NCBI GenBank assembly: GCA_038087875.1
Contig: CM075992.1
Span: 4,590,001-4,654,000, forward strand
Length of the DNA: 64,000 nt
Reading direction: 5' to 3'
Origin: Malacoraja senta
Taxonomy: Eukaryota
Below the pieces are notes generated by a model. The model saw nothing but the letters and a program-made list of their open reading frames with translations, did no database searches and was not told the origin of the DNA. Of the stretch, positions 25,456-37,049 are shown in pieces (within the stretch, counting starts at the first letter, position 1; each line of letters opens with the position of its first letter). Made by a program: the position numbers and the translations under genes.

Positions 25456-26738
25456 AGTACAGTGAACAAAAGAGCTTCATTTCTAGAGACAAACAAGAGG
25501 GTCTAGAATCATCCCCACAGCTTCCTCTCTCAAAAGATCAAGGAGCAGAATTAGGCCATATGGCCCATCATGTCTACTCCACTATGACTGATCTATCTTT
25601 CCCTCTCAACCGCAATCTCCTGCCATCATCCCATAACCCCTGACAACCTTACTAATCAAGAATGTCAATCTCTGCCTTAAAAATATCCATTGACTCGGCC
25701 TCCACAGCATAGTTAACAATTTCCTCAAAAGCTGAGGGAATGGTGGGGAAGGGAGTTGCTGTGCCATTGCACGCTGGTACACTGGGCCTCAGCTGCAGGC
25801 TCCTTAGATAATGGTCCATTACCACTCGATCCACAACTTCCTCCAAGGTATGCTGGTGCAGTTGGAGCCTCTTAAGTTGGGCCAGTTCAGCTCAAGAAGG
25901 TTTGTTAGTCATGGAATTATTGTGCCTCAGTCACAGGAGACCAAGGCAGTGCAGTACATCCATCTTGACAGTATCATAGACTGCAGCCAATGCACAGAGT
26001 AGCAAAAAAAAAGCAGCTTGCTGGGCCTCACCACTCAGGTATGGAGGCAAGATGTGCACCCAACTCTGACACTCCCATCCTTGTATCCCAGCAGTCAGTT
26101 CAAACGTGTAATAAAAATGCTACCACATCATCCTGCTTGGTTAGTTTAATGAGAAGCCCAGGGGCTATAGGTACACTTCCATTTGCATCCATGGACTGTG
26201 TGAAGACGTACTGCACATGTATTGATCTTTTGTTTTTTGAGGTACATATCTATTATGTATACCCAGGAAAAGTTATCCACCGTTGTGGCTTTTTCACTTC
26301 ATGTGAATTCATTTTCATTGGTCTACAAGTCAATTACATGACAAATGTTTGGCCAGCACAATGGGAATGAAAGTTGAAAAGGTATCCTGACTAGTAAACT
26401 AGTGCTTAAAAATCTAATTTAAAAATTGAGAAATAAATGGAAGTCACTGAGAGAAGTAAACCTAAAACAATAAGCTGTTCCAGATCCATATTACAACCAG
26501 AATGAAGAGAAAATGGCAATGCATGCATAAATTTAAGATTGATCGGTTATGATTTAACTTCTGAAGGGCAACGATCTACACTTCCTCTCCTATTTTAAAT
26601 TTCAGATCAAGTGCTGTTCTTATATTTAAGGTGGAAAGTATAAGTTATACAACTCTGAATGCTCCAACATCAACAAAACAGATAAAATCTAAAAATATGT
26701 TTTTCTCTTCAGTTTCTGCAGGAATGAGTCTAACCTAC

Positions 26739-26825
26739 CTTGAACGCTGATGGAAGTCCACGATTCTGTGTGTGGAACTCTATTTTCTGGGGGTAGGACA
26801 GACACATTAAACACTTGCACGTTAC
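26739..26825 (-). CDS. C3: C3 exon 23-equivalent, copy B (87 nt): GNVQVFNVSVLPPENRVPHTESWTSISVQG
   Basis: Same splice sites as copy A; 6 nt differences; open frame. Confidence 0.88.
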
Positions 26826-26922
26826 CTAGGTTAAAGGAAGAATATATTTATTTATTCAGCAGGTTATCTCAATATACTGCTATATCCTCCTCAATTCAGA
26901 CACAATCCAAATTTAAAATATA

Positions 26923-28252
26923 CTAGACCAAGTGCAGACCCGTTGGGTCTGTTTCCCCAACGCGCGTTTGCGGGGAGGGGGGGCTGCGGCATCACACTCA
27001 CACTAACCACCCCCCAAACACACAGGCGGGGGGAGGGGGGAGTGGTTGAAGTGAGAGAGAGGGAGGGGGAGGGGGGTAGGGAGGTGGTGGAAGAGGGAGA
27101 GAGGGGTAGGGGAAGGGGGTGGGGGGAGAGAGGGAGGGAGGGGGGAGAGAGGGAGGGAGGGGAGAGAGAGGGTGGGGGAGAGAGAGGGTGGGGGAGGGAG
27201 AGAGGTGGGGAGGGAGAGGGGTGGGGGAAGGGGGGAGAGAAGTGGAAGAGTGGGGAGGGAGGGGGAAAGGGGTAGGGGGAGCGGTGGAAGAGGGACAGAG
27301 GGGTAGGGGAAGGGATGGGGGGAGAGAGGGAAGGGAGGGGGGTGGGGGAAGGGGGGGAGAAGTGGAAGAGTGGGGAAGGGGATAGGGGGAGTGGTGGAAG
27401 AGGGACAGGGGTAGGGAAGGGGGCAGGGGAGAGAGGTGTGGGGGAGGGGGGAGGGAGGTGAGGAGGGAGACGGGGTAGGGGGGTAGAGGGGATGATTGTG
27501 GATGGAGGGGGAAGAGTGGGAGGGGGAAGGGGGTGGGGGAGAGAGGGAAGGGGGTGGGGGAGGGAAGGGGGTGGGGGAGAGGAAAGGGGTGGGGGAGGGA
27601 GGGGAGTGGGGAGAGAGGGATGTGGGTGGGAGGAGGAGAGGGTGAGGAGAGGAGAGGAGGGGGGGGGAGAGAGGGATGGGGGAGGGGGAGAGGGGAGGGG
27701 AGGGGGAGGAGGGGGGGGAGGAGGGGAGGGGAGGGGGGGGGGGAAGTGGGGGGAGGGTGGGAGAGGGGGGGGTAGGGACGTACATCTGTTCCCCATTCCC
27801 TATCACCCCCAATCCTCTTTCTCTATTCCCACACACGTGATGACGCGCTTCGACACAGGCTGCAGGGGTGGGGGGGAGGGGAGGGGCTGGGGCTGCTGCA
27901 AAGGCATATGTAAATAGATCCATTCCGATTGGATATATGTGACCATTGGGCATTGTGACATCACACGATGGAACGTTCACCAACATTCTATGGGTGAGAG
28001 CTGTTTTTTTTAACATTTTGAAATTTTGGGGGGGGGGAGAAGGATTTTATTAAAAATGTGTACATAAACACGAAATTTAATCAGGAGTGGATACTTGGAA
28101 TGAAAAGTGAAATCTCTACCGAAATGGAAAAAATCTCGGCGTTTCTGCGTGTGGTGTTGGCGTAGCAACGAATCAAAGGCTGGCACCCACAAGACAGGCA
28201 GAAACACACACACACAGAGTTTTAAATATAGATAAGATAGAAGATAGATAGA
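26923..28252 (-). mobile_element. Non-autonomous Helitron, second family, with G-rich low-complexity core
   Basis: Minus strand TCTATC... to hairpin CAGACCCAACGGGTCTG and CTAG; A|T insertion without TSD (copy A empty site aaatata|tagatgtt at 44384). Confidence 0.85.
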
Positions 28253-28708
28253 TAGATGTTCGTTCATAATCATTGGATCTAAATCTTGAAATTCCCACCT
28301 TAACAACATTTGGAGGTATCTTCATCATCAGTTCCAGGTGACTTACCAATGGGTCTCATGGGCAGTATGGAATGGACAATAACTACCACCTCTGCTGACC
28401 ATGCCCATACTTTGCAAATTAATTAATTAAAAAACCTTTGAATCAAAATCCTTTACTCTGGCAAAGTATAGTGAATTTTCAGACGTCTCTACTTTGGGTT
28501 GTTATGGAGGCAAGATCATTTGTAGTATTTAAAGAGGAAGTTGAAATAATTTTTGAAAGTTCAGCGATTGCAGAAACCGGTACTGAAGAAGAGATGAAGA
28601 CCTGGAGCAGACCAATCACGATTAATTGCGGGGTTGTGGCCTACTATGTTTTCCTACGTTCTTGTATTCTTTCTTATTTTCCTTTATAACTATTTGTTTA
28701 TGTGTATT

Positions 28709-28908
28709 NNNNNNNNNNNNNNNNNNNNNNNNNNNNNNNNNNNNNNNNNNNNNNNNNNNNNNNNNNNNNNNNNNNNNNNNNNNNNNNNNNNNNNNNNNNN
28801 NNNNNNNNNNNNNNNNNNNNNNNNNNNNNNNNNNNNNNNNNNNNNNNNNNNNNNNNNNNNNNNNNNNNNNNNNNNNNNNNNNNNNNNNNNNNNNNNNNNN
28901 NNNNNNNN
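28709..28908. other. Assembly gap (200 N; probably a placeholder of unknown true size)
   Basis: Run of exactly 200 n. Confidence 0.99.
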
Positions 28909-29068
28909 CCAGCTCCCTCCTCCCCCCCGAAAAACTTCACGATTTATCGTGTAAAACGGGTCCGAAAATCGGGATTGTTTTTAAAAACCTTACCGGAGCT
29001 TCTGGTTACCGCGCTGATGACGTCATCGTTAAACGCGATGTTTTAAACGGTGGTTTGAAGCCCTTTAA

Positions 29069-30139
29069 ATGAGTAAATTGACTCCAGCTGTGAGCCCTCA
29101 GAGAGCTGTGAATAAACTGTCGAAACAGTTCGAAACTGAAGTTACCTCTGAAGTCTCTGAAGTGGCTGCAGAAATGGATACAAGATCTAAGAAAGACTTT
29201 GATGACTTGAAAAAATCAATGAAAAATTTGAAAGATGAGATCTCGGATAATAGGGTGGAAGATAAGAAGGAAATGAAGGAAAATTCGGCAAAAATGATGG
29301 AAGGAATGCAGAAGATGATGAAGGATTTAAATGCTGGTAACCAGAAGAATATGACGGATTTACTGGACACTATGAATAAACGAATTGATGAGGTGAAAGA
29401 TGGACTATCAGAGAAAATGGATAAGATGGATGTAATTACTACGGATAAGTTCACGGCTGTACTTGAAACAGTAGCTGCAAGTATGCAGACAATCACGGAA
29501 TTGGAGAAAAATACGGCACGACTGGTTGAAGACATGGCGAAATTGAGGCAAGAACATGAGCAAATGAGGCGAGAAAACGAACAAGCATCACTACAAATGG
29601 GGACTCAATTAGAGAAAGTCTCATTCAAATGCCTGGACCTGGAAGCTCGTTCTAGACGCCAGAATCTGAGGATTCTTGGTGTTTCAGAGGGGGCAGAAGG
29701 GGAACAGGTACGTGAATTTGCCATGGGCTTGTTGAAACAACTGTTGAATCTTCCCAAGGAACCGAAAATCGAAGTGGCTCATCGTGTCCCAAGATTTGGA
29801 AAAAGATTTGATGCGGGAAAAGCTTATCCACGACATATTATAGTGAAATTTCGAGACACTGCAGAACTGGAATATGTTATGACCCAAATCAAATATGGTG
29901 TACAATTACGGCTGGACAAAGACACTATTAAGATATTCAGGGACTACCCACATGAAATTGTGCAAAAAAGAAACAAATTTGATAAGGTTAAAGATCTTTT
30001 AAGAGGGAGAGAAGGGGTCAGATTCGGGGTTTTTTATCCCGCTAAAATGCGTATTTCTTTTAATGGTCTTGAAAAGTCATTTGTTAAGCCTGAAGACGCT
30101 TTCAAATATGCCCAAACGATTGTTGAAAGACAGAAATAA
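29069..30139 (+). CDS. L1 ORF1p (coiled coil, RRM, CTD), 356 aa
   Basis: DLEARSRRQNLRILGVSEG, AHRV, PRHIIVKF, IFRDY, FYPAKMRI motifs. Confidence 0.93.
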   Translation: MSKLTPAVSPQRAVNKLSKQFETEVTSEVSEVAAEMDTRSKKDFDDLKKSMKNLKDEISDNRVEDKKEMKENSAKMMEGMQKMMKDLNAGNQKNMTDLLDTMNKRIDEVKDGLSEKMDKMDVITTDKFTAVLETVAASMQTITELEKNTARLVEDMAKLRQEHEQMRRENEQASLQMGTQLEKVSFKCLDLEARSRRQNLRILGVSEGAEGEQVREFAMGLLKQLLNLPKEPKIEVAHRVPRFGKRFDAGKAYPRHIIVKFRDTAELEYVMTQIKYGVQLRLDKDTIKIFRDYPHEIVQKRNKFDKVKDLLRGREGVRFGVFYPAKMRISFNGLEKSFVKPEDAFKYAQTIVERQK

Positions 30140-30944
30140 AAGGGAGCTTTGGCAGATCCGAATAATTCTCAGCTATGTTTTGTCTGGGGATAGTTACACT
30201 GTTATCTCCGGAATGTTGAAGCAAGGACATTTTCTGTTCAAAACGTGTAAACAACTTTATAACGGGATATGAATTAGAAAATAATTGCTTATTGATTAAA
30301 ATGTTATAACCAATTGTAAGAACTTATCCTATTAACAACTTTAAAAGTTATGCAGGTTAGATTAGAATACTAACAAAAAAAACAAAAAAATAATGAACTA
30401 ACATACTAATATGAATTTTTAATAAATTGTAACCTTGTCTATAAGCGGGAGGAGGGGATGAGAAACGAGCTCCTGGCTTATGTCCAGGAGCACGTCTCGT
30501 TAACCCCTTCAACCAACAGCTGATTCTTATTGAAATCAAAAATATTGGTTTAATAATTAAACTCTGATATATATATATGTTATAAGGAAATATCAGGGTA
30601 AAATTGTATTATATATATGAATGTGAGGCCTCGTTTTAATATTTTAATATGTTATGATTAACTAAGAGAGCGGAGCGAGTTGAGCAACAACGCAATGGAA
30701 GTCAAAATAAGGTTTTTTCCCACCTACAGGTGGGTCACTTGCTACAGTGCCGACTATAGACACTGTAGCCTCACTTTTTTAGTTTTTTTTTTATTACATA
30801 AAATCACTTGTTTGTGTTTTGTGTTTAGTGATAAGAATAATATGGACATACCAACAAAAGTTAATAATTCAAAAACTCCCCCAATACCTAAAGACCTGGG
30901 ATATGGACGCACCACAAGATTCAAAGGTACTATAATTATTCAAA

Positions 30945-33900
30945 ATGCATGACACCACACAAAAGAACCTAGGAGGAGTCTCATTTTGTAGTTGGAATAT
31001 AAGAGGTATTAATGAACCTATCAAAAGGGGTAAGATATTAGCTCAGCTAAAAATGTATAATTCTGACATTACCTTCCTACAAGAAACACACCTAAAACCT
31101 CAGGACCAAGTTAGGCTGAGGGCGAAATGGATAGGTCAAACATACCACTCTTCATTCACTTCAAAATCTAGAGGCACGTCAATTATCATAAGAAAAGGTA
31201 TACCATTTAAAGCAAAGAATATTATAACAGATATAGAAGGGAGATACCTAATAGTTAATGGAGAAATCCATGACACTCCACTTACTTTGGTAAATATATA
31301 TGCCCCTAACTTTGATAACCCCCACTTTTTCAATAAAATCTTCAATATAATTGCAGAGTCAAACTATCAAAATGTTATAATAGGCGGAGACTTTAACTGT
31401 GTTTTAGACCCGTACTTAGATAAATCAAGTCAAAAACAGAGAGGGAATATGAAATCGAAAACTGGGGAACTCCTCAATACCTACATAAACAACACTAATA
31501 TAGCAGATGTTTGGAGAATTGTGAATCCAACTGGCAGGGAATATTCGTTTTACTCAATGGTACATAAGACATACTCACGTATAGACTACTTTCTGCTGGA
31601 TACAAAATTAATCCCCCAAACATCTAATGCAATATATCATACAAATTCAATTTCAGACCATTCTCCACTAACTTTCTTTTTAAAACTGGAAGGATTGTCT
31701 AAGAATAATTCATTCTGGAGATTTAACTCTCAAATTTTAAAAGATCCACAAGCGAGTATATATTTAAAAGAACAAATGGAGGTCTTTTTTCAAACAAATG
31801 ATACTTCAGATATATCGCCTACTTTACTTTGGGAATCTTTTAAAGCATACATTAGGGGTATTATAATTTCATATCAAGCTTTTCAAAATAAAAAGAATAA
31901 GAATGAACAAAGACAGTTAGAAGAACTTATTAGACAAATGGATATAGATAATGCTAAAGATCCAACAATAGATAAACATAATAAAATAATAATTTTAAAA
32001 TTTAAATTAAATAAATTATTATCTGCCAAACTTATAAGACTTTTTCAAATTACAAAACAAGAGCACTTTGAATTTGGGGAGAAACCGCATAAACTTTTGG
32101 CTCGCCAGCTAAAAAAACGAGAAAAGGAACATACTATACCAAAGATCAAATCAGATAAAGGGGAATTATTAACAACACCGAAGGATATTAATAAAAGATT
32201 TGCGCAATTTTACGAGAATTTGTATACATCTAAAACGATAATTGATTCCAATAATATCACAAAGTTCTTGGATACCTGTAATCTTCCAAAGTTAGAGCTG
32301 AAGGAACAAGAGGAACTGGGTGCACAAATCTCAATTAAGGAATTAGAAGATACAATAAACTCACTAAAAAATGGAAAAACACCAGGCCCTGATGGATTTA
32401 CTAATGAATTTTATAAAAACTTTTATGATAAAATAATACCAAGATTACAAAAAATGTACCAATACGCTTTTAAAAAACGAATACTACCTGATACATTAGC
32501 GGAATCAACGATTACATTAATACCTAAGAAAAATAAGGATTTAGAAGAACCTGGCTCATATAGAGCTATAGCATTGTTAAACACAGATCAAAAAATATTA
32601 GCGAAAACATTAGCCAGAAGATTAAGTAAATACATTAGTAAATTAATAAACCCAGATCAGACAGGGTTTATCCCTAAGAGATACTCTTCTAATAATATGA
32701 GACGTCTACTCAACATAATGCACTCACACAAATCTGAAGATCAAGAATTATCAATTATTTCGCTGGATGCTGAAAAAGCATTTGATCAAGTAGAATGGAA
32801 TTATATGGATAAAGTATTACAAAAATTTCAACTGGGAGAGAATTTTATTTTATGGATTAAGTTACTATATAACAAACCTACAGCTAGAATACTTACTAAT
32901 AACATATTATCCTCGAAATTTCAACTATCAAGGGGAAATAGACAAGGATGCTCATTATCACCACAGCTGTTTGCTCTCATTATTGAACCGCTAGCAGAAA
33001 AAATTAGAATACACCCTGATATTCATGGATATAATACTAAAGACTCATATAATAAAATATCTTTATACGCGGATGATATATTATTGTATATTACAAAACC
33101 TCAAATCACTATACCAAATATATTAAATTTAATTGAAGACTTCGGATCTTTTTCTGGATATAGAATAAATTGGAATAAAAGTGAAATTATGTCAATAAAA
33201 CCGAAAGATTCAACACATCTTTTAAAATTCCCTTTTAAAATAGCTACAGAAAAATTTAAATATTTGGGAATCGAAATTACCAGAGCATATCAAGGTATGC
33301 TCAGGGCAAATTTTGACCCCCTACTTAATAAACTGAATACATTAATTAAATTCTGGAAAACGCTTCCGATGTCTTTAATAGGCCGAATAAACGCAATAAA
33401 AATGATCTTTTTACCACAAATTTTATACCTATTTCAATCAATTCCTATATACTTACCTAAGAAGTTTTTTAAAAAACTCGACTCAGATATCACTAATTTT
33501 ATATGGGACTATAAATCACATAGAATACAAAAAACCCATCTGAATAAATCTAAAGTATTGGGGGGTCTAGCACTACCCAATTTTATGTATTATTATTGGT
33601 CAGTAAATATTAAAAACATGATTCAACTGATGGATAACTCCGCCCAGCAAGTAGACTGGATTGTAATGGAGAAAGAGGATTGCTCCTCTAGAAACATTGG
33701 AGCGATCCTCCTCTCTCCAATGAAATTGAATAACATAAACTATAATAAGAACCCAATTATTCATAGTACAATCCGTATTTGGAAACAAATAAAACAAAAT
33801 TTAAAATTAAGAAACTTATCACTTTTATTACCTATAGTCAATAACCCTTCGTTTAGTCCTTCTATTATAGATAAAGCTTATACACAATGGGATAGACTAG

Positions 33901-34736
33901 GAATTAAAACGCTTGGTGACTTGTATGAAACTGGAAAATTACTTTCATTTCAACAATTACAAATAAAATATAAACTCGGAAATAATCAATATTTTAAATA
34001 CTTTCAAATATGCGACTATTTGAAAAAATATATAAAAGATCATCATAATAACCCAGCAGATGTACTGGACGAGGCAATGCAGACAAAAGCGGAATCAGCA
34101 AACTTAATATCATATTTGTACAATATTATCTTAAATGTACAAATACCATCTACGGAGGGTATCAGAAGAGACTGGGAACAAGAGTTAGCTATTAAAATTT
34201 CAAAGGAAAGTTGGAATGAATACTTATTAAAAGTACATAAATGCTCGATTAATGTAAGACACACTTTAATACAATTTAAAATTTTACATAGATTATATTA
34301 TTCGAAAACTAAAATTCATAAAATTTTCCCAAACGTATCATCTATTTGTGATAAATGTCAATCCCAAGAAGCAACTATAGCGCACTCATTTGTCTTCTGT
34401 ACAAAAATTCAAAAATTTTGGAATGAAATTTTTGAAATCTTTACAAAGTTATTTAAAACAAGACTGATACCCAAAGCAGAATGGATTATCTTCGGAATAA
34501 CGGAAGATGATCCAGAACTAAATGTGTTTCAAAAGAAATTAATGGATTATGGGTTAATAACTGGAAAAAAGCTAATTCTAAAATTTTGGAAGAAGGCTCC
34601 AATACCAACTATAAATATGTGGATTTCAAATATGTTTGAAACACTACACCTTGAAGAGATAAGACTCCTCCTAGCAGGTAAACCAGATCACTTCCACCTG
34701 ACGTGGTCTGCATTTATAGAATTATTACAAACATAG
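30945..34736 (+). CDS. L1 ORF2p (APE endonuclease, reverse transcriptase, C-terminal Cys/His motif), 1263 aa
   Basis: SWNIRG, LQETH, GGDFN, SRIDY, SDH, KTPGPDG, SLDAEKAFD, RQGCSLSP, YADD, CDKC..AHSFVFC; no stops. Confidence 0.96.
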   Translation: MHDTTQKNLGGVSFCSWNIRGINEPIKRGKILAQLKMYNSDITFLQETHLKPQDQVRLRAKWIGQTYHSSFTSKSRGTSIIIRKGIPFKAKNIITDIEGRYLIVNGEIHDTPLTLVNIYAPNFDNPHFFNKIFNIIAESNYQNVIIGGDFNCVLDPYLDKSSQKQRGNMKSKTGELLNTYINNTNIADVWRIVNPTGREYSFYSMVHKTYSRIDYFLLDTKLIPQTSNAIYHTNSISDHSPLTFFLKLEGLSKNNSFWRFNSQILKDPQASIYLKEQMEVFFQTNDTSDISPTLLWESFKAYIRGIIISYQAFQNKKNKNEQRQLEELIRQMDIDNAKDPTIDKHNKIIILKFKLNKLLSAKLIRLFQITKQEHFEFGEKPHKLLARQLKKREKEHTIPKIKSDKGELLTTPKDINKRFAQFYENLYTSKTIIDSNNITKFLDTCNLPKLELKEQEELGAQISIKELEDTINSLKNGKTPGPDGFTNEFYKNFYDKIIPRLQKMYQYAFKKRILPDTLAESTITLIPKKNKDLEEPGSYRAIALLNTDQKILAKTLARRLSKYISKLINPDQTGFIPKRYSSNNMRRLLNIMHSHKSEDQELSIISLDAEKAFDQVEWNYMDKVLQKFQLGENFILWIKLLYNKPTARILTNNILSSKFQLSRGNRQGCSLSPQLFALIIEPLAEKIRIHPDIHGYNTKDSYNKISLYADDILLYITKPQITIPNILNLIEDFGSFSGYRINWNKSEIMSIKPKDSTHLLKFPFKIATEKFKYLGIEITRAYQGMLRANFDPLLNKLNTLIKFWKTLPMSLIGRINAIKMIFLPQILYLFQSIPIYLPKKFFKKLDSDITNFIWDYKSHRIQKTHLNKSKVLGGLALPNFMYYYWSVNIKNMIQLMDNSAQQVDWIVMEKEDCSSRNIGAILLSPMKLNNINYNKNPIIHSTIRIWKQIKQNLKLRNLSLLLPIVNNPSFSPSIIDKAYTQWDRLGIKTLGDLYETGKLLSFQQLQIKYKLGNNQYFKYFQICDYLKKYIKDHHNNPADVLDEAMQTKAESANLISYLYNIILNVQIPSTEGIRRDWEQELAIKISKESWNEYLLKVHKCSINVRHTLIQFKILHRLYYSKTKIHKIFPNVSSICDKCQSQEATIAHSFVFCTKIQKFWNEIFEIFTKLFKTRLIPKAEWIIFGITEDDPELNVFQKKLMDYGLITGKKLILKFWKKAPIPTINMWISNMFETLHLEEIRLLLAGKPDHFHLTWSAFIELLQT

Positions 34737-35157
34737 GGTGCAAAAGTACTTTAAAAAAATAAAAAATTGAGGTCGGGTAAGGGGGGATGATAGTTGAAGA
34801 GTTGGTATGTCCTATTTACGTGATGCTCAAAAAAAAAAAACATTTGTTTTTCTTTTTTTCTCTCTCTCTTTTCTTTTCTTAGGGCCTATCTCTTAACTCT
34901 TTTTCTTTTTGTTTTTAATTTCGCTCTCATAGGGTCTTCGTCCTTTTTTTTTGTTGTTACATTTTCTACACTTTTCTACACTTGCACTTTTTCCTTCACT
35001 TTCTTCTCTCTTTCAATCTTTTCTTTCTTTAGTGTAAAAAAATAAATAAAGGGAGTACATTAATTGTAAGAAGATATAAATGACGAGTATTAATGTATGT
35101 GGCTGTGATGTAATGTACTTCTAATAAATAAAAATAAAAAATAAAAAAAAATAAAAA

Positions 35158-36782
35158 GAAATTTAATCAGGAGTGACTATTCGTAAAGAAAAATGGAATC
35201 TCTACCGAAATTGAAAAAAATCTCGGCGTTTCTGCGTGCGGTGTTGGCATAGCGCGGTATCAAAGGGGCTGGCTGGCACAAGTCAAGCAGACCCACACAC
35301 ACACACACAGAGTTTTAAATATAGACTAGACCAAGTGCAGACCTGTTGGACCTGTTTCCCCAACGTGCGTTTGCGGGGGGGGGGGGGGGGCTGCGGCGTC
35401 ACACTAACCACCCAACCGTTGGGTCTGTTCCTCCAAAGCACGGTTGCGGGTTGGGAATCTGGCACCCACAAACACACACACTCATCACACCCCTTGATAT
35501 TATCTTACTTTTTTAATTGGCTTCTTTTATACCATCTCCACCCTATCCACTGACGAATAGTCCTCACCTCTCAAGTGCGTCTTGAGGGGGGGATGTGCAG
35601 AGAGAGAAAATTTAATGTTTGAAAAAAAAAATTGTGAGGAGGGGGAGGAGGAGGGTGGAGAGGAAGGTGGTGAGAGAGGAGGGGGAGAGAGGAGAGGGGT
35701 GGAGAGAGGAAGGAGAGGATGGGGAGAGAGGTGAAGGGGGGGCTTGGAGCGGGCGTGCATGAGTCGAGAAGGGCAGAGAGAAGAGAGAGAGAGAGGGAGA
35801 GAGAGGGGAGAGAGAGAGAGAGAGAGAGGGGAGAGACAGAGAGACTGGTACACAAAAAAAAGCTGGAGAAACTCAGCAGGTGCAGCAGGATCTATGGAGC
35901 GAAGGAAATAGGCAACTCTTTGGGCCGAAATTCATCCTCAGACGGGTTTTGTCACGAAACGTTGCCTATTTCCTTCGATCCATAGATGCTGCTGCACCCG
36001 CTGAGGTTATACAGCTTTTTTTTGTGTACCTTCCATTTTCCAGCATCTGCAGTTCCGTCTGAAAGACAGAGAGACTGTTGGCGGGCTGTTTCACCAACGC
36101 GCGTTTGCGGGAGGGGGGGGGCTGTGGCATCACACTCACACTAACCACCCCCCAAACACAGGCGGGGGGGAGGGGGGAGAGGAAGACGGGGTGGGGAGAG
36201 AAGAGGGGAGAGGGAGACGGGGTGGGGAGAGAAGAGGAGAGGGGGAGGGAGGGGAGAGGGGGAGGAGGAAAGGGGAGAGATTGGTTAGGGAGAAGAGAGC
36301 AGGGTGGGGGAGAGGGAGCGGGGGGAGAGTGGGGAGTGGGAGGAGAGCGGGGAGGGCAGGAAGGGGGAGAGGGGGGGAGGGGATGTTAGAGGTGGAGAGA
36401 GGGGATGAGGGGAAGGGGAGAGGAGTAGGGGGAAGAGAGGGAGGGGGGAGGGAGAGAGGAAGAGTGGGGAGTGAGGGGCAGAGGGGTAGCGGGGAGTGGT
36501 GCAAGAGAGAGGGGAAGGAGGTGGGGGGGAGATGGGGGTGAAGAGGGGTGGTGGAGGAGGAAGAGAGGGGGTGGGAGGGGAGGGAGGTGGAGAGGAGAGA
36601 GGGGGAAGAGGGGAGGGAGAGTGGAAGTAGGAGGGGTAGGGACAGTCCATCTGTTCCCCATTCCCTATCACCCCCAATCTTCTTTCTCTATCAAAGGGGC
36701 TGGCTGGCACAAGTCAAGCAGGCGGACGGACGGCAGCCACAGAGTTTTACTATATTATAGAAGATAGATAGATACACATAGA
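35158..36782 (-). mobile_element. Tandem Helitrons of the G-rich family (partial unit 35158-35325 fused to a unit 35326-36782), with a nested foldback at about 35848-36030
   Basis: 35158-35325 matches 28072-28232; junction aaatataga|ctagaccaagtgcagacc; absent from copy B at 2276. Confidence 0.75.
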
Positions 36783-36973
36783 TACACATAGACAATATTC
36801 ACTGCTCTACCCTCAATCACCATCACCTCCGCAAAATTTTAATCAATTTGGCAAGCCATGACCTGCCACGGACAGATTAGCTGGCTGTTCCTAATTTTCC
36901 CATTTTCTTTCAAATGCAAATTCACCAATATATTTTGCAAAATATCACTCTGGAAATGCAGCTTGTAATGTAC

Positions 36974-37049
36974 CATGTGCTGGACTTTCTTTCTTGGTAA
37001 ATGGCGAAAGAATTATCATTCTTGCGATAACTTAATTGTGTGGTAACAC
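36974..37049 (-). CDS. C3: C3 exon 25-equivalent, copy A (76 nt): GVTTQLSYRKNDNSFAIYQERKSSTW
   Basis: ttcacacag|GT acceptor and ACA TG|gtacat donor; aligns to human [26 protein letters not shown]. Confidence 0.9.

Larger units (their letters stand above)
2277..28708. repeat. Duplicated segment, copy B (intron 22 to intron 25 of C3), homologous to 36783-44841
   Basis: Colinear matches: 2277 tacacatagacaatattc = 36783; 15610-16599 = about 38742-39733; 17607-20586 = about 39727-42621; 25176-26922 = about 42622-44384; 28253-28708 = about 44385-44841. Ends exactly at the N gap. Confidence 0.95.
28909..35157 (+). mobile_element. Full-length L1 (LINE-1 clade) element with both ORFs intact and an A-rich tail
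   Basis: 5' UTR abuts the gap; ORF1, ~800-bp AT-rich spacer, ORF2, U-rich 3' UTR, aataaa and A-tail ending inside a Helitron. Confidence 0.95.

Noticed and set aside
25811..26370. ORFs conserved between the two copies (e.g. 25990..26370 and 43449..43832) as extra genes
   Set aside because: Conservation is explained by the segmental duplication; no recognisable domain, and they lie antisense within C3 introns.
26891..28016. Pro-rich and Gly-rich ORFs up to 337 aa (also 35527-36767)
   Set aside because: Low-complexity G/A tracts inside Helitrons that lack stop codons by composition.
28626..29072. ORFs spanning the N run
   Set aside because: Artefacts of the assembly gap.
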